Source of the DNA: Phoronis australis
Taxonomy: Eukaryota; Animalia; Phoronida
Direction of reading: 5' to 3'
Length of the DNA: 64,000 bases
NCBI GenBank assembly: GCA_002633005.1
Contig: NMRA01000344.1
Location: 165,365 to 229,364 of the forward strand
Position 1 is the first letter of the stretch, and every line of letters begins with the position of its first letter. Positions 24,728 to 38,500 of this stretch are shown here, piece after piece. Under the pieces are notes generated by a model, which was not told the DNA's origin, ran no database searches, and saw only the letters and a list, made by a program, of their open reading frames with translations. The position numbers and the translations under genes are program-made.

Positions 24728-25644
24728 AATTCATTCCACAGTGATTGATTTGCCCAGCTATAAAGTCCAACTTTTACTGCAAAGTTTACTGACGATTTTT
24801 ACTTTTGATTCAAAACCAAAGTTAACCTTTCACACTGAAGGATGTTTCACTAGGCATCTCTGAAGTAGCCCTCTAATGTTAGTTTGTGTACTCTTGTTTA
24901 ACTGCATTGAGCCCTGTTCAAGGTTCTTCTTTGAAGCTGCTGTTATGTAGAATTATACTGGTGTGTTGGGGCTGTAGATCATTGGCTTGGGGCAGCATGT
25001 CCTTTGTTAGCCCAATGAGCTAAGAGAGGGGTTAGCCAGAGTACAGACATAAACAATAAGTTTCATAAGAGTTTTCACTGACTGACCAAACAAGACTGGA
25101 CTGAGCTTTGGACACTCCCCAAAACATTGACACCTAGGCTTTCAGTGGTATGAAAGGGACTTATGGGCAGGCTTAATCCATCATTTTCTGATATTTAAAC
25201 TGGATCCATCACAGTTGCTAAGAGTGCTATATATACCATACTAACTCAAGGTAAGCAATTTTTACCCTGCATGACCATGTCTTGTTGAATTAGGTCTGCT
25301 TGCAAATTGAAACACTTCTGCCTACTGGATTTGAATATGTTGGGCAGTCTTCACTGAGCCGTGTTTCTTTGTCAGCAGCTCTGTATTTTAGTGCATGATG
25401 ACAATGTTTTGTGAGTGCAGCAACATACAGGCAGTCAGTGAGCCGTGTTGAGTCGAACAATTGAGTTTAACAGGAGGCTGAGTTTTTGTTTGTAGAGAGG
25501 AACTGTGTTGATGAGTGCAGCAGATGTATTAGATGCTCGGGTCTACTGCACTTTGGGACATTGCAAAATGTATTCAGTCATAGAACTTTGCCAACATAAT
25601 TAGTTATTGACATCTTCAAAATCTGTCTTATAATAAACCTGCAT

Positions 25645-25820
25645 ACGGAAGACTCTCTGCAACTCCCGCCATTTGTAAAGCTGCGCATGTGCGTTCCACT
25701 CTCCAGCCTACAATTTCTGTGGTTGCCACAGTTAGTAAATTGGGTGTGTGAATGGCCGCTTGACACTGATCAGTTTGCTCCGTGTCAGATGTGCCGGGCC
25801 AAAAGTTGATGACTAAATGG
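25645..25820 (+). repeat. Interspersed repeat copy (homologous to ~40075-40245)
   Basis: TCTCTGCAACTCCCGCCATTTGTAAA..GTGCGTTCCACTCTCCAGCCTACAATTTC..GGGCCAAAAGTTGATG occurs at both loci. Confidence 0.85.
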
Positions 25821-26876
25821 GACTTTAATGCGACTAAAGTCGAGCAAGTCTCGCCGTGACAACTGACAGGTGGCAACTGCCTCTCGTGTAAAAGTGGCTT
25901 AACGAGCAAGATGAGGTCCAAAGCAAAAGTTGAATTTTGACACTAGGCATGGCATTTTTGCCCCTTTAAACTGCCTATGGCAGGTAGAATTTTATGCTGA
26001 AAGAAAATCCATAGCTCCCTTTTGCATGCTATTTTGCAGCTTGGCAATGAGATAATGCTGTTGTACCCGGCAGTCCTTGACTACCGCGGGCTGTTAGTTA
26101 TAAGGGCAGGTTACATAATTACTGAACTAATAAAATGATGTTAAGTCTAAAAATAAATGCAAATTATATAGACATATGCCGTTTTCCATATGATTCATAA
26201 TAACTACATGACCACGTACTGTTCATGAATCAGTGACTACCTAGACCAGGGGATACCTGAATCCCCTGGTGGGTCAGTGTTAAAATGGCGTAACAACTTC
26301 ACAGTAAACGAGTGGATTTAACAGCTGAGTCAAGTTGTCCATACATTGGGGATACTTAGATGTGGTGTCATTGAACTTATAGGTAGAGACCATCATCAAT
26401 GGGGACTGTGCTGATTTAATAAATTGTTCAAATATTTACCATTCTGCAACTTTGGTCATGAAAACACACTACTTGATTCTTCCTATAAAACAATGTTGTA
26501 AATGTCACCGCAACTTGCTGATCGTCTCATCACCTCCAGGTGGCGTCAATGTTGGTTTAGCTGATCTCAATGCTGCGGGTTAAGCTGCATTAGCTGGTCT
26601 AAAACAAAAATCGAATTAAGCCTTTGGCTGTCCTTAAATGGTCTCATAATTTTCCTTACGGTGATTAACACAACAGTTAGTGATTCTGTGCTAAGAGGAC
26701 CTCATGGCCGCAAAAGTGCTAACAGGTGGCAGTTACGAGGAAACTCAAACCACCAGCGACAGTGACACTTGTAACTGTTCTCATTGTAAGTGTTTTGGTA
26801 CTGGTGAAGTGCTAGCAAATATGGTAGTCTTTTAATCCTCTCACCCCATTTCCCTGCATTCCACTCCCCCCCTTAC

Positions 26877-27003
26877 NNNNNNNNNNNNNNNNNNNNNNNN
26901 NNNNNNNNNNNNNNNNNNNNNNNNNNNNNNNNNNNNNNNNNNNNNNNNNNNNNNNNNNNNNNNNNNNNNNNNNNNNNNNNNNNNNNNNNNNNNNNNNNNN
27001 NNN
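26877..27003. other. Assembly gap (127 N)
   Basis: Run of N within C-rich low-complexity sequence. Confidence 1.
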
Positions 27004-27267
27004 TCCACCTCACCCCACCCCCTCACCTCATTCCATCACCACACTCTCGCTCCTCTTGCCTCGCCCCCTCGTGCTACTCCCACTTAACCACAAAAATGAT
27101 TGTTTATCCAATTCCCTTTCATCTCATGACTGTCTAGATATTTCTGAATAGAAAATGTCTCTGTATCGAGCAGTTACGCGTATACTCTCAGGGATTTTTT
27201 TACATTTGCTCAAGGAATTGTTTAGTGGAACGTAAGAACCAATTTCAGACTCCTGTCTTCAAGGCCA

Positions 27268-27744
27268 TCATTCACCTGAAGGGAATAAAGTGCCTGTACC
27301 TTCTGGGAGTGTAATTTTTTTACATGGAGAGAAATCCTTACTCCCTGAGTCGGCATCAGTAGCACCCCCACCACTTTCCCTAGCCTTCACAAGGCTCTGC
27401 CTCAAGTAGCCAAAACTAACTTTTTTTTTTGAATGATCTTTGCCTGTGTCAATTAATGTGATTTGAACCTCGAGGGGATTTTTTATCACTTGAGCAGAAG
27501 TTTTGTTCCTTGTGGAGGGGGGATTACGCGTGATTTTTATATATTTTTCAGCAGCGAATGGATATTCTGCCATAAAATTTTGGAATTGGCTGCCCTGGTC
27601 TTGTGTCATTTTAAATGTTACAGACAGCAGTTCCCTAGCTCTTGCAACAGTGACACAGCTTAAGCTCGCCCGATCACCTGCTGTAAATGAGTCATGTGGT
27701 CTTATAACACATGTTGGGTTCCCATAGTATTTCATTTTGTTCAT
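27268..27744 (-). other. Unassigned 158-aa ORF
   Basis: ATG-initiated, non-repetitive ORF with no motif I recognise. Could be a TE fragment or chance. Confidence 0.25.
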
Positions 27745-28532
27745 GTTTGATCAGCTAAGCTGTCTGAGTTTTTATTGCATTTATAACTAAAATAAATGTC
27801 ATATTGCTATGGTAGCTATCTTCCTCCACACTATGTGTTGCATTGTGGATAACTGTTGGCCAAACACCGTAGTTACTATATCAGTTATTTTTGAACAACA
27901 ATTATTGTCAAATTAGTACCTTTTTCTCTTTTTTGTGATAACTTTTTGTGCCGGCAAAATACTCTGGTGGAATTGTCAGAACAGAATTTATAAATCCAAA
28001 CCTTAGTGCACCCCGTATCTGGCTTTGTGCACACTATATCTGGAATTTCACTTGGCTGTTGTATTGTATATAAAGTTCACTTTGTAATACTGTCATGGCG
28101 AAACTTACATTTTAAGTTTGTTACACTATCTCTCTTTGTTTTCTTAGGACTTACAGGGTCATGAATGCTGATTTATTTGAATCAAACAATAAAGGTGTTG
28201 GCTAAGTGCCAACTATTTGTGGCTGATATTCTATATTTATTTACTTCATGCAAACTGCTCCTTAAAAAATGAAAACTTCACCAAGTCCTCAGCAATCTTG
28301 ACTTCAAAACAGTTTGCTGAGCGTTGGGGATGACTAAATTTGTGTTAACATTTGAACTTGGAATAAATCTTGCTGTGTGATTCTTATAACATTTTATGAC
28401 ATCCCCAATGTTTCACTACAGTATCACCAGATCGTTTTTTTTTCTCTCCCTGAAACCTGAGGACATAAAACAGTTGGTTCTGGTCCATACCCCAACTCAC
28501 TTTGACACCCATGCTTATTATTTTTCAATTAA

Positions 28533-28822
28533 GTGAGAGACAAGTCTAGATCTGTAGCTGGTGCATCCTCCCCAGTTGTCTGGTGAGAGACACTTATTAG
28601 GATCTCTAGCTGATGCACCTTCCCCAGTTGTCTTGTGAGAGACAAGTCTAGATATGTCGCTGGTGCATCTTCCCCAGTCGTCTAGTGAGAGACAAGTCTA
28701 GATATGTCGCTGGTGCATCCTCCCCAGTTGTCTAGTGAGAAACAAGTCTAGATATGTCGCTGGTGCATCCTCCCCAGTTGTCTAGTGAGAGACGAGTGTA
28801 GATCTATAGCTGGTGCCCCCTC
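28533..28822. repeat. 50-bp minisatellite, ~6 copies
   Basis: Unit GTGAGAGACAAGTCTAGATATGTCGCTGGTGCATCCTCCCCAGTTGTCTA; starts at ~28533, 28583, 28635, 28685, 28735, 28785. Confidence 0.92.
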
Positions 28823-31800
28823 CACAGTTAGCATTACCATCGCACTACTGTAAATGTTATTTGTCTGCAGCACTGGAATTGGTTTGAAGGTAGTTGAGTT
28901 GAGTAACAGAAAAGTGCACCACTTTTCCTTGTCTCTGGTGAACACGTTTTCTAAAAGTGGCACCGGCACTCCCACGTGGAATTTCAAATTAACCAGTGAC
29001 CTGAGTATCAACTATGGTTTTACCGTAATATAAATTTTTACGTGGAAAACATAGTACGCATGTGCTGTTTGTGAGTGAGAACTCACCAACCACACACATT
29101 TATCAAGTTTAGAAATATTATTTAATAATGGCATGTTTTTATGATGGTAGCCTGTACACGTCAGGCATGACGTGACCAGAACATTCTCGGGTGAATCATC
29201 AGTTTGTTTACTGGCTGAACAATGAGTTTTTCATTTCAAACTGAACTTCAACTGTCTAACAACAACAACGACCACATAAATGGAACCTCAACTATTAGGT
29301 ACATATCAGTGATGACAAAGACCATATAAGCGGAACCTCACGTTTTGGTGTTACCACGAATTTTTGATCTTATTTGAAAATCGTGTATACCAGCTTGTAA
29401 GGTAATTGTTTGGTAACACTTTTCTATTGACATCTGTACATTGTCTTAATTGGTCATTGGTTGTAAGTGTTCTCACAGAGAAATGACAGTTGGAAGTTGA
29501 AAGCAACTCAAAAATGAGTTGACGTCTTTTCAATAAACATGCAAGTGCATGTGCATCCCGATTTCTGTGAAGTGTTTTCACTAACATGAAGGTTTTATAG
29601 CTGCGGAAAATCAAAACTGATAAAAATTAAACTTTTGATTTAAACTGTAAGCCTTTATTATTCTTAATTAGTGACAACTTGTGTCTTGCTCAGTTTCAAT
29701 GGGTATCTCCAGGGCGTGGGGTGATGTGCTGTCTGTTCTGAGTATTACTTTTGGCCAGGCACACATGTTCATCTGAGTTAAGTACAAGTTGAGGCCAGTT
29801 TTGTTGTGATATTGGTTATAAAATAAAATTTCTTTAAGGTGGGTTTGCAGGGGGGAGCGGGGGGGGGGGTGGGTAATAGTCAGCTTTAACTTGGGAAACA
29901 TTGATTGCTCATACTGTAATGGGTTCTCCAGACTTTTCAGTCTTTCTTTAGTTATTTAGAACATTTGTTTGGAAGCCACTACTGTGTCTATATTGGTGGT
30001 GGGATATATATATATATCATTTGAAACTTTTGTTTTGCTTTTGATTTTGCATAGAATTTCAATATGCATTTAGCAGACAAGTCCAATTACTTTACTTATC
30101 AGATGTGATACCATAGTGTCAAACATCATGGTATTGTCTATGACACAACCAGTGATTAATGTGATGCAGCTGGGTAAATCCATTATGTTGGGGCTGACCT
30201 ATCATGTCATTGAAATACATGCTTAGAACTTATGCTATGATTTACCTGATATTGAGATCTATTCCTTCTTGACAGTCGTTAGGTATTGTTTTTCAATTTT
30301 CACAAGTTTTTATGAATGTTGTAAGTCCCACTACCCTATCAAAAGTACTGTGAATGAGCCAGCAATTAGTAGTTAAATACCCTAATTATTTAAAACTGTT
30401 TACCCAGCATACTGAACTGAGCATTGTGCTAATGAAATCAAGTATATTAATGGCCAGTTTAGGTTAATTAGCTGAGAAAATTACTTGACCTTGCTCAAGT
30501 TTCAATCATAACATCCAGAACCTTTGGATTGGGAAATACTGCTCCCCTCTAGAACAGGTACATTGTGACCCAGTGGACCATCCAGTCCCTTGTGAAAACC
30601 TTGTGTGCTTTGTGTATTTTAGCATTCCAAAATACAAAGGCATCTGGGAGGAATACAATAGTAGCAATGATTGAACAGTTTTCAGTGTTATAAAGCTTTA
30701 CCCAGGACTAGTGGGATAGCTACAGTGGACACCTTGTACCTGGTAGAGGAAGGACTGTTAGTCTGGGATATGGGGTCTGCTCAAGGTAGCACTGGAGTCA
30801 CCTGGTATGTGGACAGTAATGATATATGTATTCAAGTGCACTGACAAACTTATCTGTCTATACTGGTTTGTGTATTTGTGTGTGGATTGTTGCTGTCTCT
30901 TTACAACTAACGAATACAATCTAGGGATGGAATGACCACTTTACTGGTCATTTTCAACTTTTGTAAGTTGTTAGGAATAAGTTGGCTTTGATTTTTTTAC
31001 ACCTTGAAAAACCTTGTTTTAAAGTTAGCAAAATGTCTTGCTGCATTATCACTGCGGAATGGTAAGGCTGTGTTTTAAAAGGCCATTTGTTCCTGAGCAA
31101 TTCCTGCATCAAAATAATGCAATCAAAATGAGTTCCACTTGGCATGAGTGTGAAGGTGTTTAACTTAATTGCCGCAGAGTTGCTTACACAGACAAGAATC
31201 GGGGTATCTATGAGAAAGTAAGTCTGAGCAAGGGGCGTGAAGTTTAAAGCAGCAATAAACATATGGTTTCAATTGAAGAAACTGAATTTTTTATTTGAAC
31301 CAGTTATTAGTTCAAAATTTATCTCAAACTATTCCTTTCTCAGACGAGAATTGATTTTGGTTTTGCAAAGAGTTGATAGTTTCTCATTCCTAGAAACCAT
31401 GCTGGGTGAATAAAATGAAACTCTGTGCCCTTAGTCAACTTCTAGAGTTTGATCTTAAGAAATTACACCTATTTGGATCTAAGTAACGGTTTTGTTATCA
31501 GCTTCATATGTTCAAGTTTTTTGGTGGTGTGAGTTGTATATTCAAAGCCACTTTATTTAATGGTTATGTGACATTAACATAGTGACCTGGCACTGATTAC
31601 TGACTTGACGCACTTGAGTCTCTCACTTTTCAGAGTATGTTGCCTCTTTTTGTGCTGGGGCAACAACTAGTGCTTGATTAGGAAGTCTTAACTACCTATT
31701 ACACTTATTAATTTTTGGATGGCTCTTATTCTGAAGGGTTGTCCCATTTAATTGTGTGATGGAGAGTCCATTTGGATCCTGTCTGTCGCTGTGCATTGTT

Positions 31801-32204
31801 TCTCCCATGAATGTGTTACAAATAGAAGCACTGCTCTGACAGACTCGTTCTGAGCGGAGCATCGACAGATTACAAACTGCAATGTTAACTTTACGTTCAT
31901 ACTGGCTTTGGTAGTCAGTGGCCTTCGAAGTAGTGACATCTGTTGTCATCGAAGTAACTGCAAGGTAGCGCTGCTCGCTAAGGTTTTTTTAATGTGACGA
32001 TTTGGGAACATTTACATGTGCTAATTGACATAAAACTTATTTTTAATTCGATTGCTGATTATTCTAGAGCAAAATATAAACAGCTATAGTGACGGCTCTA
32101 TCCTGTAATTGTTGATGATAACAGTGGGACCTAGCGATAACTTTGATGGGACCGAAGTTGACCATTCTTACCTCAATGTCGACACTCCACTCTTTGATCC
32201 ACCT

Positions 32205-32320
32205 GTTTACTGCGAATTTAACTGACGCTGTTAACTTTGATCCAGCACCGAAATTAAGCATTCATGCTGTTCGCAACTCCCCAAAAGTTTGATGCGTCGA
32301 CGTTACTGTGAAAGGCCGTA
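32205..32320 (+). repeat. Interspersed repeat end (second copy at ~34168-34277)
   Basis: GAATTTAACT..GCTGTTAACTTTGAT..AAATTAA.CATTCAT..TGAAAGGCC occurs at both loci. Confidence 0.7.
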
Positions 32321-35300
32321 GAGAGACATTTGGCGAAATTGACTAAGAAGGGTATATGAGGTGGAAGGCTGTGGCACCACAGACGATGAACATCATGAAA
32401 GACCAGTGATGCAGAATGCAACTTCTATGGCCACTACGTATTGCTGCGAACCCTGCCAACCACACAACATTGCTGTCAGAGACACCAACAACAAGATTGT
32501 TGAAGACGATGCTGCCTCCAACTCTGATGACAAAAATAATGCACCAACTATGATCTCAAAGCTGTATGTTAATTGAGGCCTTGACGCTATTATCATAGGC
32601 AGTCAACTCGCCAAATGCGACTTGACAAATTTCCCAGGTCAACAAAATGGAAAATGAACTTGCCAAAAGGGAAAATCTGTGTGAGGCAGTGCCTTGTGAT
32701 TACTTTTCTGTTTGACAAAAAATGATGTTCTTGCGTGTTGCGGCTCCCCTGTTTTCCTGATCTGCTTTGTTAATGGTTATTGGGTCATTTTCTGGTATCC
32801 GGGTGAACATGTCACCATTGTTTCGCCTCAACTTAAAGCACATTGTTTGGGTGTTCATTGTGATCAGGGCTTGCCAAAGAATTTTGCTGCGTCTTTTCCT
32901 ATTTAAAGTTGTTCGTTGGTGACTCCGTTAAGACGTTAGATTTTTATCAGAATGCCAAACAAAATCTGAGGTCGCAATGCCGACCTTCTGGTTGCCAAAT
33001 CGTCAAGCCCAGTAATTTCATGTTGATGAAAAATGTGACCAGTAGTTTGCGTGTAAACAAACAAAACAACAACTTCTTGACAAAACAGTAAACTGAGAGA
33101 CATTTCATTTCGCCAAGTAACAAAGCTGTATTTTCAGTAGGTGATTATTTTTGCTGTTTGCTCTGGTGTTAACAGCTTAATAGAAGCAACTTAAGGATCA
33201 TTACAATGATTGCATTTGTTATTAAGCGAAGACAAATTGCTGCGATAACATTTCGCACAGGGAAGTTTTGTGTGCCAATGTCTGTCATAAGTAAACAAGA
33301 TAACAGAATTCTAGATTAGCCATCACTCTGTTATTAAAACTGGTCTAATCATTTATTTTTTTTCTGTTCCAAGATTGTTGTATAAGGTATAAGCCTCTTT
33401 ATATTAAAATAAATCGCTAGCCATTAACCTGGTACAGGTGTTCGTGTGATTAAGTTGACTATGAAGAAAGAGACTGGTGTTTGATGTTTATATGACTGTA
33501 ATTCCACAATGTTATAGTTAATTCTATTTGGTACCAACTTAATTCTGGTACCAGAAGAGCGTCTATGTAAACTGCCATGTTAAAACCGTTCTGACAAGCT
33601 TCGTTAGTTGGCGGACACTAAAGTTACTGTAGCGTAGAGAGTTATTACAAGATGATGCTCTAAAAAGGTTATGCACTTGCAATTTTTGAAATTTGACGTA
33701 TTGTATTTGTATAATTAATAAAATGCAGTTCCTATTGTTCACTGGTGGATTTCTGAAAAAATATCAAATAATATCATAACACATGTCATTATTAGCAGCG
33801 ACTGCCGATGGCACCTATAGACCTTTCTACGTGCCATTCAAAGGTGTCTGCCATTCTTAAGATGCCATTCAATGATTTGAAATCGCTTTCACATTATTAT
33901 ATCCAGATTCTTGTTCATGCCGTTGCGTACATGTCACTAGTAAGACCGAGCTTAGAGGAGTAGGAGACATCTGTGTGCAATGCTCGATTGTCTGCCAGTA
34001 AGTCCAGGACTTCAACCAGGAATCACTGATTGCTCACCTTGTCTCCATTGAGGTGCTGAGGTCATCAGGTATCCCAATGGTATTCAACACTAGCCAAGAG
34101 GGAGATAACTCTACTACACACCGGTGGAACGGAATACCACATGAAAGCGTCAACAGGCCACTGTGAACAGTGAATTTAACTTGTGCTGTTAACTTTGATT
34201 CGGAACTAAAATTAAACATTCATACTAGCCGCCTCCCTCAAAGCATTGATGTATCGACATTGATATGAAAGGCCCTTAATTTGGAAATCGTGAAATGTCC
34301 GAAGCACCCTAGTGTCAGGTCTCGAAATTTTGCCTGGTTACTGGTGTAAGAAGACATGAAGGAGCACAGTTTGGAAAAGTTCAAAACTGCCAATGGCCTT
34401 CCGTAGTGATCTGTTTGGGTATGGGAACCAGAGTTGTGTTGAAAATTTGATATTTTATGGCTGAACAGTCTTGACTTGATATTTTACCAGCTGGAACATG
34501 GAATTGTTTGAACTGATGTAACATAAATACCCGTCTATGTTATGGAACGATAAGAAAACAATTCACTTGTCTATCATATTGTGCCCTAAGTTCGCGACAT
34601 TTTACATCAACCTTGTTTGTTAATTACATTTGTCTGGATGACAGTGCTGTACTGGATTATTTCCTAAGCTCGTTTTCACCTGTGCTCAGGGTGTATCCCA
34701 CGATGTCAACCTCATATGCTCTCCAATGTCAATAAGCAATAAAGCTAGTCTTTTCACCACCACCACCTGTTGCACAGTATAATCAATACTCGCCTCCATC
34801 ATATTTCCAGCATGCTGCATCCATGATGGTCTGTCACTGGTGATTGCTTGGCGTGCCTGAACTGTATCATTTACTGTTGATTAGTTGGTGAGTTGCTGTT
34901 TTCTTGATTTGAGCTAAGAGTGTGTCAGCTGATTAAACGAGAACGTTTGATTTTTGGACGTTATTTATTTTCATTTCATTTCTGTCTCCATGCATTGGTG
35001 ATTGGCAGTCAGGCTCTACTCTAGGTACCGCCTACAGTACTTTTAACTGTGAAAACTAAGGGGCTAGAGTTATTATTTCTAATCATGTAAAGCTCTAAAG
35101 GGTTCTTAAACGAGTACCTTTCTGCGTGTTGAAATGTGCTTAATCAACGTGTAGTTTTGCTTAATCAATGTGTACTTTTAATTAGCTCATTTAACCCAAT
35201 CACGCCCTTGCCCTCAAATCTCAAAATGGTGGAAGACTTCTACATGGGCGCAAGGCAACTTTTGATGAATGTTGCAGATTCTTATCCTGTATTTCTGGTG

Positions 35301-35539
35301 TACAGTAAAGTTGTATTTTCTCTTAGAAAACTGATATTAACTGACGCGATAAAGTGACAGCAATGTGCTGCTTACATAGAGAATATTTTTCTATCGCCTA
35401 CAACCAATGCAATTTCTGTGTTTTTGACAATCTGTGTCAACGTCGTGTAAATGATTATATGGTGCCGTAACTCTGCTGACGACGTTCACATTCTAGCTCC
35501 ACAATAACCATAGATTTGTGCTTTGGTAAATGGTTTAAC

Positions 35540-35593
35540 CTAGGAACCAATATCTCATATTGGTTGGAACCAATATCTCATATTGGTTCCTAG
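35540..35593. mobile_element. 54-bp foldback insertion with 7-bp direct flanks
   Basis: CTAGGAACCAATAT...ATATTGGTTCCTAG flanked by GTTTAAC (35533-35539 and 35594-35600); an internal 23-bp unit is exactly duplicated. Confidence 0.6.
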
Positions 35594-38500
35594 GTTTAAC
35601 ACAAGAAACTTAACTTTATTTTGGAACTTGTCTCTGGTAACTTTCCCAGTTTCCCCAGTTTAGTCACGGATGTGCCAACAGGAAGGAAGCACCAACAGGA
35701 TGTCTGTGGAGTTACAATGTGCATACAGGTTGCTTTCATTTTTGAGCTTAGTATTTTCTCCCAATTTTAACACATTCGGAATATTCGCAACTGTATAAGG
35801 TTTCACTTGCAAATAAATACGTAGTTTTGATGTGACGGTTACCATTTGCGTGCTAATGGGTTTTCAGCCCCATTGTCACCTGTTGCTTTAGCTAGGGGAG
35901 CTCTTGTCGCCTAATACCTTTGTAGGTACCAGATGGCTCCATTCTGTTCTAGCTCATGATTGGTCATAAAGGTGACGTGCAGTAACTTAATTAGCCGAAA
36001 GGGCTGGCCATTGTTGATGTGCATAGCCCTGTTGTTATTTGGTTGTGCACTGTGTTGATGATACATCAATGAGACAGTCAACTCAAATGACTCCAAATTC
36101 CCATCAGTAAATACAGTCAGAAATTTGGCTGTACTTTTCCTCGAATCAGACTACAAGATGGGGGCTGGAACATTAAGGCTGGAGGCACCGTTACATATTG
36201 CACATTTGAAAATTATCTGTTGTTCACCAAAACACATCTAACATAATATGGCAAATTCTTATGTTTTTGGGTCCTGTCACAGTTATTTACGAAGAGGTAC
36301 CCCTATTGGTTTTGACCATTGTTGGAGAGTTGAGATGCCCTCTTGTACTGACCTTGTTCACTTGTCAGTCATTGAACAGCACACTGCGTGGAGTGCTCTC
36401 CTGACCTGAATGCATTGAGTGCACATATATATCATCAAGGTGTTCAACATCTTTTTGTGAAGTGTCAAAACACTTGGTTACCTGGTGTACTAATTTTCCC
36501 ATTGACAGCAATTGTGCTTTATGATGACAGGCGTTATAGGTGAGTGGGTAACTAATTTCATTGGCATCCACACTGTGGCCATTAAACTGGTAGTACATTG
36601 AAAATAAAGCTTTCATCCACTCATCTGGAGCGTTTTCACAAGCGATTTTTGAACATTTGAAATTAATTGGGGTGTTCTGCGTATAATGTTGTTTGACCGA
36701 TGTTGGCAATTGGCACAAAAACTTGGATTTCAAATTACTGCAGCAATCACTTACGGTAAGTGCATACTATCAGTGGTCTCCACAATCTGTTTTGACTCGT
36801 TGCAATATTAATCACTTGCCCATAGTTTAAAGATTTATGCAAAGAGTTAGAACTTATCAGTCCTGTTTGCCCGAAAAAAGTTGATGTGTATCAGCTGACA
36901 TGGAACAACATGATCAGGTGCAATTATGAGTGTGATACGAACTGACACGGAACAAACTGACATAATGATGACAAAAGTTGTTTGTGAGGTAGAGTAAGTT
37001 GCTCTCGATCATCGTGCTCCGTGTCAACTATACATCTTAAACATGAAAATTGGGCAAGGCGGAAGGGATCATCAGCCTGTATTGCGCTAAATATGCAATA
37101 GCATACTTAGGTGTGATAATCTTTTCGCAATTTCTAGAATTTGTCGAGCAATGCTTTGTTTTTTAACTTTAAGCCAGATCACAATTTTTATGTCTTCGCA
37201 AACTTGCTCAAATGCCGTACAGGGCTATAATCGGGATTCGGCAAAATTAAGGAATCTTTTTTCAATCTAAATTTGGTAATTTTTTTTTTTTTTTTTTCAT
37301 GACTGAATTTTTTGTTTGAAAACTTGATACTGAGTTGCTCCTAATGTCCAAACAATCTTCTTTCTTCAGGTGTGCAGCTATAAACAAAACACCGAGAAAC
37401 ATAAACAAAAATGTCTCTGGCTGATTAACATATCTGAAAACCCTGTTTGCTTTGACAATTTTCTGAAAGATGTTCACTTTGTATGTTGGCGTTAAATTGG
37501 CCAAAACTTTCCACTTTGCACTAATTTTGCTGGAGGAAGGCGTGGAAATGTTTTCCCAAGAGAAGGGTTGTTTTTTATCAAATTCATCTTGACAATTCAG
37601 TGCTTTATTTATAGGTGTTTCCATGCTGTCAATATCAGATTCTTGTTGGGTGCACAAAGTGCTTGGGGCTATATATATATGTCTTTTCTAGGATAATACC
37701 ATGTTATGTATTCCATGCTAAAGGTGAAAGTTCATCTGTCTACCAATATGAATAGGCTTGATATTATTGTCCCACCTGTAAAAGTACCTGTGTCTTTTTG
37801 TCCCATTGGTTTTTATTGGGGAACCAGAATGTTGTGTTTGGTGATTTAATCCACAGCAACTTTTCAGAACATCCATTCATTGTGTTCACAGTTGATGCAA
37901 TATACATTTAGTATTATTAGTCTGGTTCTTTTCAGTGGGTTATTATAGCTGTTGACAATTTCAACCTCCAGTGAAGTCCAGGTTCATCATTGAAATTTCA
38001 GGTTAGAACCGGGAATTCCAGATTGAAAGAAACAGTTTCTAAATCACCATTAGGAGTGCTGTTATTAAATTTTTGGAGATCTGGGTTTGAAATTTTGCTT
38101 AAATTGCTTATCTTGGATAACGGACAATTACAAACAGTTGTAGCTGAACTCACTTGAATTTAAATTTATTGTTCCCAATTCATTTTATTAGCGAATTTCC
38201 AGTTCTATAATTTCAAGTGTTCAAGCATGAACATAGATAGTTGTTGAACTTTTGAAGCCACAGGTGTGGTGCTGTGTTGTTGCTCCAACACACAACTTTC
38301 ATTACAGCTGACAGTATCTTTTCTGGTGAAGTTAGTATATTCAAACAGACCTAGCTATGTTAATTATGGTCCACATAACTTACAAAACTTGATGAAGCCT
38401 AAGGCTTCTGCACATGATGCAACATGTGCCTCATTACATGAGCTTGTGTTCTCATGGCTCAGTGCGCTGGCACACAGTGTTACCTCAAAGATAGATTTGT

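Noticed and set aside
28533-28822. CRISPR-like appearance of this array and those at 19067, 21810 and 63007
   Set aside because: Whole units repeat with no unique spacers, there are no cas genes, and the context is eukaryotic.
35660-36760. Possible LINE RT remnant or gene on the minus strand (122-aa ORF 36365-36733)
   Set aside because: Only faint resemblance (VLFND, LQQWS) to RT motifs; not enough without an HMM search.
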